64,000 nt of DNA from Angustibacter luteus (GTDB lineage Bacteria > Actinomycetota > Actinomycetes > Actinomycetales > Angustibacteraceae), in contig NZ_BAABFP010000005.1 in the NCBI RefSeq assembly GCF_039541115.1, positions 682,001 through 746,000 on the forward strand, given 5' to 3'. Of the stretch, positions 60,595 to 64,000 are shown piece after piece. Position numbers and translations under genes: made by a program. A model generated the notes under the pieces. It saw nothing but the letters and a program-made list of their open reading frames with translations, searched no databases and was not told where the DNA came from. Each line of letters begins with the position of its first letter. The stretch's first letter is position 1.

Positions 60595-61941
60595 TCAGCC
60601 GGACCGGGGGCGGCCACGACGACGCGCGATGGCCTCGCGCATGGGCGGGACGACGACCCCGGCCCGGGCCAGCCGGGCCCGCACCTTGCGACGGGTCACC
60701 AGGATGCCCGTCACCCCGATCGCCCAGATCACGTACTGCACGCACCAGGCGAGCTTGAACGAGTCCAGGTCGTACGTCGCGGCGCGACCGACCCCGCCAC
60801 CGTCCGAGACCGCATCGAGCACCACGCCGACACCCAGGATGGTCACCAGGGATGCGACGAACCCCCCGATGTTCACGATGCCCGTCGCACTGCCCAGCCG
60901 AGCCCGGGGGTTGAAGGTGCGGGCGAAGTCGAAGCCGATCATCGAGCCCGGGCCACCGATCGCGAGGGCCCCGACGAGCATCAGCAGCAGCCAGAGCGGC
61001 GCCCGACCGGGCCAGGCCAGCACGGCCGTCCAGGCCAGCACGGTCACCGCGACGATGCCGAGCACCAGCCACGACCGGCGCAGCGGGTGCCTGGCCACCA
61101 GCCGGCCGAAGATCGGGCCCGCCGCCATGGCCGCCAGCACGAACACGGTCATCAGGGCACTGGCCGCGCGCGGGGACTGCCCCTCGCCGGACACGAGGAA
61201 CGGGAAGCCCCAGAGCAGCGCGAACACGGTGCCGGAGAACTGGGTCGTGAAGTGGGTGAACAGGCCCAGCCGGGTCCCCGGGTGCATGAACGCGGCCGCC
61301 AGCTGCCGACCCACCTCGCGCATCGTGGGCGAGCGACGTAGCGGGCCGTGACCAGGTGGGGTGTCGCGGACGAACACGAACGCCAGCACGGTGACGAACA
61401 GACCCGCCGCTGCCGCCACCAGGTAGGTCGGCGTCCAGCCCGGCCCGTGCAGCAGCGCCACCAGCGGGATGGCGCTCAGGATCTGCCCGAGCTGGCCGGT
61501 GAGTCCGGTCAGCTGGGTCATCAGCGGGTTCAGCCGGGCCGGGAACCAGGCGACCACCAGCCGCAGCACGCAGACGAAGGTCATGGCGTCGCCGGCGCCG
61601 ACCAGCACCCGCGCGGTGATCGCGCCGGGCATCGTCGTGGACACGGCGAGCAGCGCCTGCCCGAGCGACATGACCAGGCCGCCCACCACGATCAGCCGCT
61701 TGGAGCCGAAGCGGTCCAGGGCCACCCCGACCGGGATCTGCAGGCTGGCGTACACCAGCAGCTGCAGCACCGCGAACGTCGCGAGCGCACTCGCCGAGGC
61801 GTCGAAGCGCTCCGCCGCGGAGATCCCGGCGACGCCGAGCGACGTCCGCTGCAGCACCGCGATGACGTAGGCCGACAGCCCCGCGCCCCAGACCAGGAAC
61901 GCCCCTCGAGGGATGCGGGCTTCGGTCGGAGGAGAGCTCAC
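60595..61941 (-). CDS. MFS transporter
   Basis: About 12 TM; motif A GVALDRFGSK. Confidence 0.9.
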   Translation of the reverse strand: MSSPPTEARIPRGAFLVWGAGLSAYVIAVLQRTSLGVAGISAAERFDASASALATFAVLQLLVYASLQIPVGVALDRFGSKRLIVVGGLVMSLGQALLAVSTTMPGAITARVLVGAGDAMTFVCVLRLVVAWFPARLNPLMTQLTGLTGQLGQILSAIPLVALLHGPGWTPTYLVAAAAGLFVTVLAFVFVRDTPPGHGPLRRSPTMREVGRQLAAAFMHPGTRLGLFTHFTTQFSGTVFALLWGFPFLVSGEGQSPRAASALMTVFVLAAMAAGPIFGRLVARHPLRRSWLVLGIVAVTVLAWTAVLAWPGRAPLWLLLMLVGALAIGGPGSMIGFDFARTFNPRARLGSATGIVNIGGFVASLVTILGVGVVLDAVSDGGGVGRAATYDLDSFKLAWCVQYVIWAIGVTGILVTRRKVRARLARAGVVVPPMREAIARRRGRPRSG

Positions 61942-62007
61942 GCAGGCATTCTCCCGCTCTCCCCCGATGCCGCCGAGCCAGGTTCAGCCCGTGGACTCAG
62001 CCGGGCT

Positions 62008-62961
62008 TCAGCTGACCCGCTCCACCACGTGGCCACGCGCGGCCTGACGGGCGAGGTAGGTGTCGCGCTTGTCCTCGAACCGCGCGGCGGCGGCCTCGAG
62101 CTGGTCGAGCAGGTCCGCGAGCTCGGTGCGCGCCTGCTCACCCTCGGCGCTCAGGCCCTCGCGGTCCCACACCTTCCAGGTGCGCAGGACGGGCGCGAGC
62201 ACCTCGTCCTTGTGGATGCGCAGGTCGTAGATGCCGGCCATGGCGATCTGGATGGATCGGCGGCCGAAGTCCTCGATGGTGTGGCCGGGCATCTGGAAGG
62301 TGGAGACCACGTCGCGCACCGCCTGGACGGTCTGGTCCGGTGCGATCTCGAAGGCCCCCGCCAGCAGGTTGCGGTAGAAGACCATGTGCAGGTTCTCGTC
62401 CTGGGCGATGCGCGCCAGCATCTGCTCGCAGTACGGGTCCTGGGTGTACTTGCCGGTGTTGCGGTGCGAGATGCGGGTGGCCAGCTCCTGGAAGGAGACG
62501 TAGGCGACCGAGCGCAGCATCTCGTCGTGGTCCTGCTCGAAGCCCTGGCCCATGTGGTTCATGCGCTCGCGCTCGAGCTGCTGCGGGTCGACGGCGCGGG
62601 TGACCAGCAGGTAGTCGCGCAGGGCGATGCCGTGGCGACCCTCTTCCGCCGTCCAGCGGTCCACCCAGGTGCCCCAGGCGCCGTCCCGGCCGAAGGTGTC
62701 CGAGATCTCGCGGTGGTAGCTCGGCAGGTTGTCCTCGGTGAGCAGGTTCACGATCAGCGCGGTGCGCGCCGTCGGGCTCATCTTGGATTGCTCCTGGGTC
62801 CAGGGCTCGCCCTCGAAGATCCCGTCGTAGTTGCGGCCCTCGCTCCACGGCACGTACTCGTGCGGGAACCACTCCTTCGCGGCACCCATGTGCCGCTCGA
62901 GCTCGCGCTCCACGACCGGCTCGAGCTCCTGGAGCAGCTGGAGCTGCGTGAGTTCCTTCAT
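62008..62961 (-). CDS. Acyl-ACP desaturase (DesA-like)
   Basis: TEDNLPSYH, di-iron motifs EEGRH and DENLH, SFQE. Confidence 0.92.
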   Translation of the reverse strand: MKELTQLQLLQELEPVVERELERHMGAAKEWFPHEYVPWSEGRNYDGIFEGEPWTQEQSKMSPTARTALIVNLLTEDNLPSYHREISDTFGRDGAWGTWVDRWTAEEGRHGIALRDYLLVTRAVDPQQLERERMNHMGQGFEQDHDEMLRSVAYVSFQELATRISHRNTGKYTQDPYCEQMLARIAQDENLHMVFYRNLLAGAFEIAPDQTVQAVRDVVSTFQMPGHTIEDFGRRSIQIAMAGIYDLRIHKDEVLAPVLRTWKVWDREGLSAEGEQARTELADLLDQLEAAAARFEDKRDTYLARQAARGHVVERVS

Positions 62962-62973
62962 GGGGCACCACCC

Positions 62974-63027
62974 TACGTTGGCGTAACCTACGCTTCCGTA
63001 GGTTAGTGTGCCCGCTACCCGGGCGTA
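62974..63027. promoter_or_regulatory. Triple TACG-N4-CGTA operator array upstream of the desaturase
   Basis: TAACCTACG-cttc-CGTAGGTTA at 62984-63005; TACG-ttgg-CGTA at 62974-62985; TACC-cggg-CGTA at 63016-63027. Confidence 0.7.
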
Positions 63028-63110
63028 GGTCCAGCCCAACGTACTGCGACGCGCCGCTCGCAGGGGGAATTCACAGGACTCTCACGTGCCGGCTCGGTAG
63101 CGTCGCCCCC

Positions 63111-64000
63111 ATGAGCGCCACGATCGTCGCCCGCGACCTCGCCGCCGGGCACGGTGCCCGAGCGCTGTTCAGCGGCCTGGACCTCGTGGTCGCTCCCGGC
63201 GACGTCGTCGGCCTCGTCGGTGCGAACGGCGCGGGCAAGTCCACGCTGCTCCGGCTCCTGTCCGGCATCGACAAGCCTGAGGACGGCCAGCTCTCGATCA
63301 GCCCGCCCGGCGCCCTGCCGGGCTACCTCCCCCAGGAGCTGGACCGACGTCCGGGCGAGTCCGTCCGCGACCTCGTGCACCGCCGCACCGGCGTCGCGGA
63401 CGCCCAGCACCGCCTGCACGTCGCCACGCAGGCGCTCACCGAAGGGCTCGCCGGCGCGGACGACGAGTACGCCGAGGCACTCGAGGTCTGGTTGCACCTC
63501 GGCGGAGCCGACCTGGACGAGCGGGCCGAGCAGGTGGTGTCGGAGATCGGCCTCGGGGTCGGCCTGGACGCGCCGACGGCGAGCCTGTCCGGCGGCGAGG
63601 CCGCCCGGGCCGGGCTGGCGTGCCTCCTGCTGTCCCGGTACGACGCGTACCTGCTGGACGAGCCGACCAACGACCTCGACCTGGCCGGCCTGGCTCAGCT
63701 CGAGCAGTTCGTCCGCTCGGTGCGCGCGCCCGTCGTCGTGGTCAGCCACGACCGCGAGTTCCTGTCCCGCACCGTGAACCAGGTGGTCGAGCTGGACCTG
63801 GCGCAACAGCAGGTCGGCGTCTACGGCGGCAGCTACGACGACTACCTGCGCGAGCGCGAGATCGCCCGGCATCACGCGCGCGAGGCCTTCGAGCAGTTCG
63901 ACCAGACCCGCGGCCGGCTCGCCGACCGGGCGCGGATGCAGCGGGCCTGGGCCGACAAGGGCACCCGGAACGCGCTGCGCAAGGCGACCGACGGCGACAA
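63111..64000 (+). CDS. ABC-F family ATP-binding protein (3' end runs off the window)
   Basis: Read manually: MSATIVARDL..GANGAGKST, LSGGE, LLDEPTNDLD, VSHDREFL. Confidence 0.88.
   Translation, partial: MSATIVARDLAAGHGARALFSGLDLVVAPGDVVGLVGANGAGKSTLLRLLSGIDKPEDGQLSISPPGALPGYLPQELDRRPGESVRDLVHRRTGVADAQHRLHVATQALTEGLAGADDEYAEALEVWLHLGGADLDERAEQVVSEIGLGVGLDAPTASLSGGEAARAGLACLLLSRYDAYLLDEPTNDLDLAGLAQLEQFVRSVRAPVVVVSHDREFLSRTVNQVVELDLAQQQVGVYGGSYDDYLREREIARHHAREAFEQFDQTRGRLADRARMQRAWADKGTRNALRKATDGD

Overview
A 64-kb stretch of a high-GC actinomycete chromosome, mostly core genes. In order: a truncated heptad-repeat secreted protein with a membrane partner, polA, a GNAT, a branched-chain amino-acid ABC transporter (livJHMGF-like), an ANTAR response regulator, tRNA-Leu(CAA), and the conserved ald-xerD-parA-scpA-scpB-rluB-aroH-tyrA-cmk-plsC-der run, which has a GH25 muramidase gene inserted between scpA and scpB. 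Next come convergent type II topoisomerase (ParC/ParE-like) genes, a 7-gene accessory lipid-linked glycosylation locus, the principal sigma factor, a YbdK-NUDIX fusion, SAM-IV riboswitch-metY-metX, ATP-dependent ligase, sseA-sufE, a second family-A DNA polymerase, RecQ, an acyl-ACP desaturase and a truncated ABC-F gene. I saw no CRISPR array, transposase or prophage. Best candidates for new biology: (1) the glycosylation locus, with a DXD-less GT2 and three sugar-modifying enzymes; (2) a Met/Cys-containing 7-codon uORF between the SAM-IV aptamer and metY; (3) a shared TGTCGG-N10-TANNNT (PafBC/RecA-NDp-type) promoter at polA, parE, recQ, the ligase and the second polymerase; (4) a probable CTG start for xerD; (5) the YbdK-NUDIX fusion. 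All calls come from motif reading; no database searches were run.
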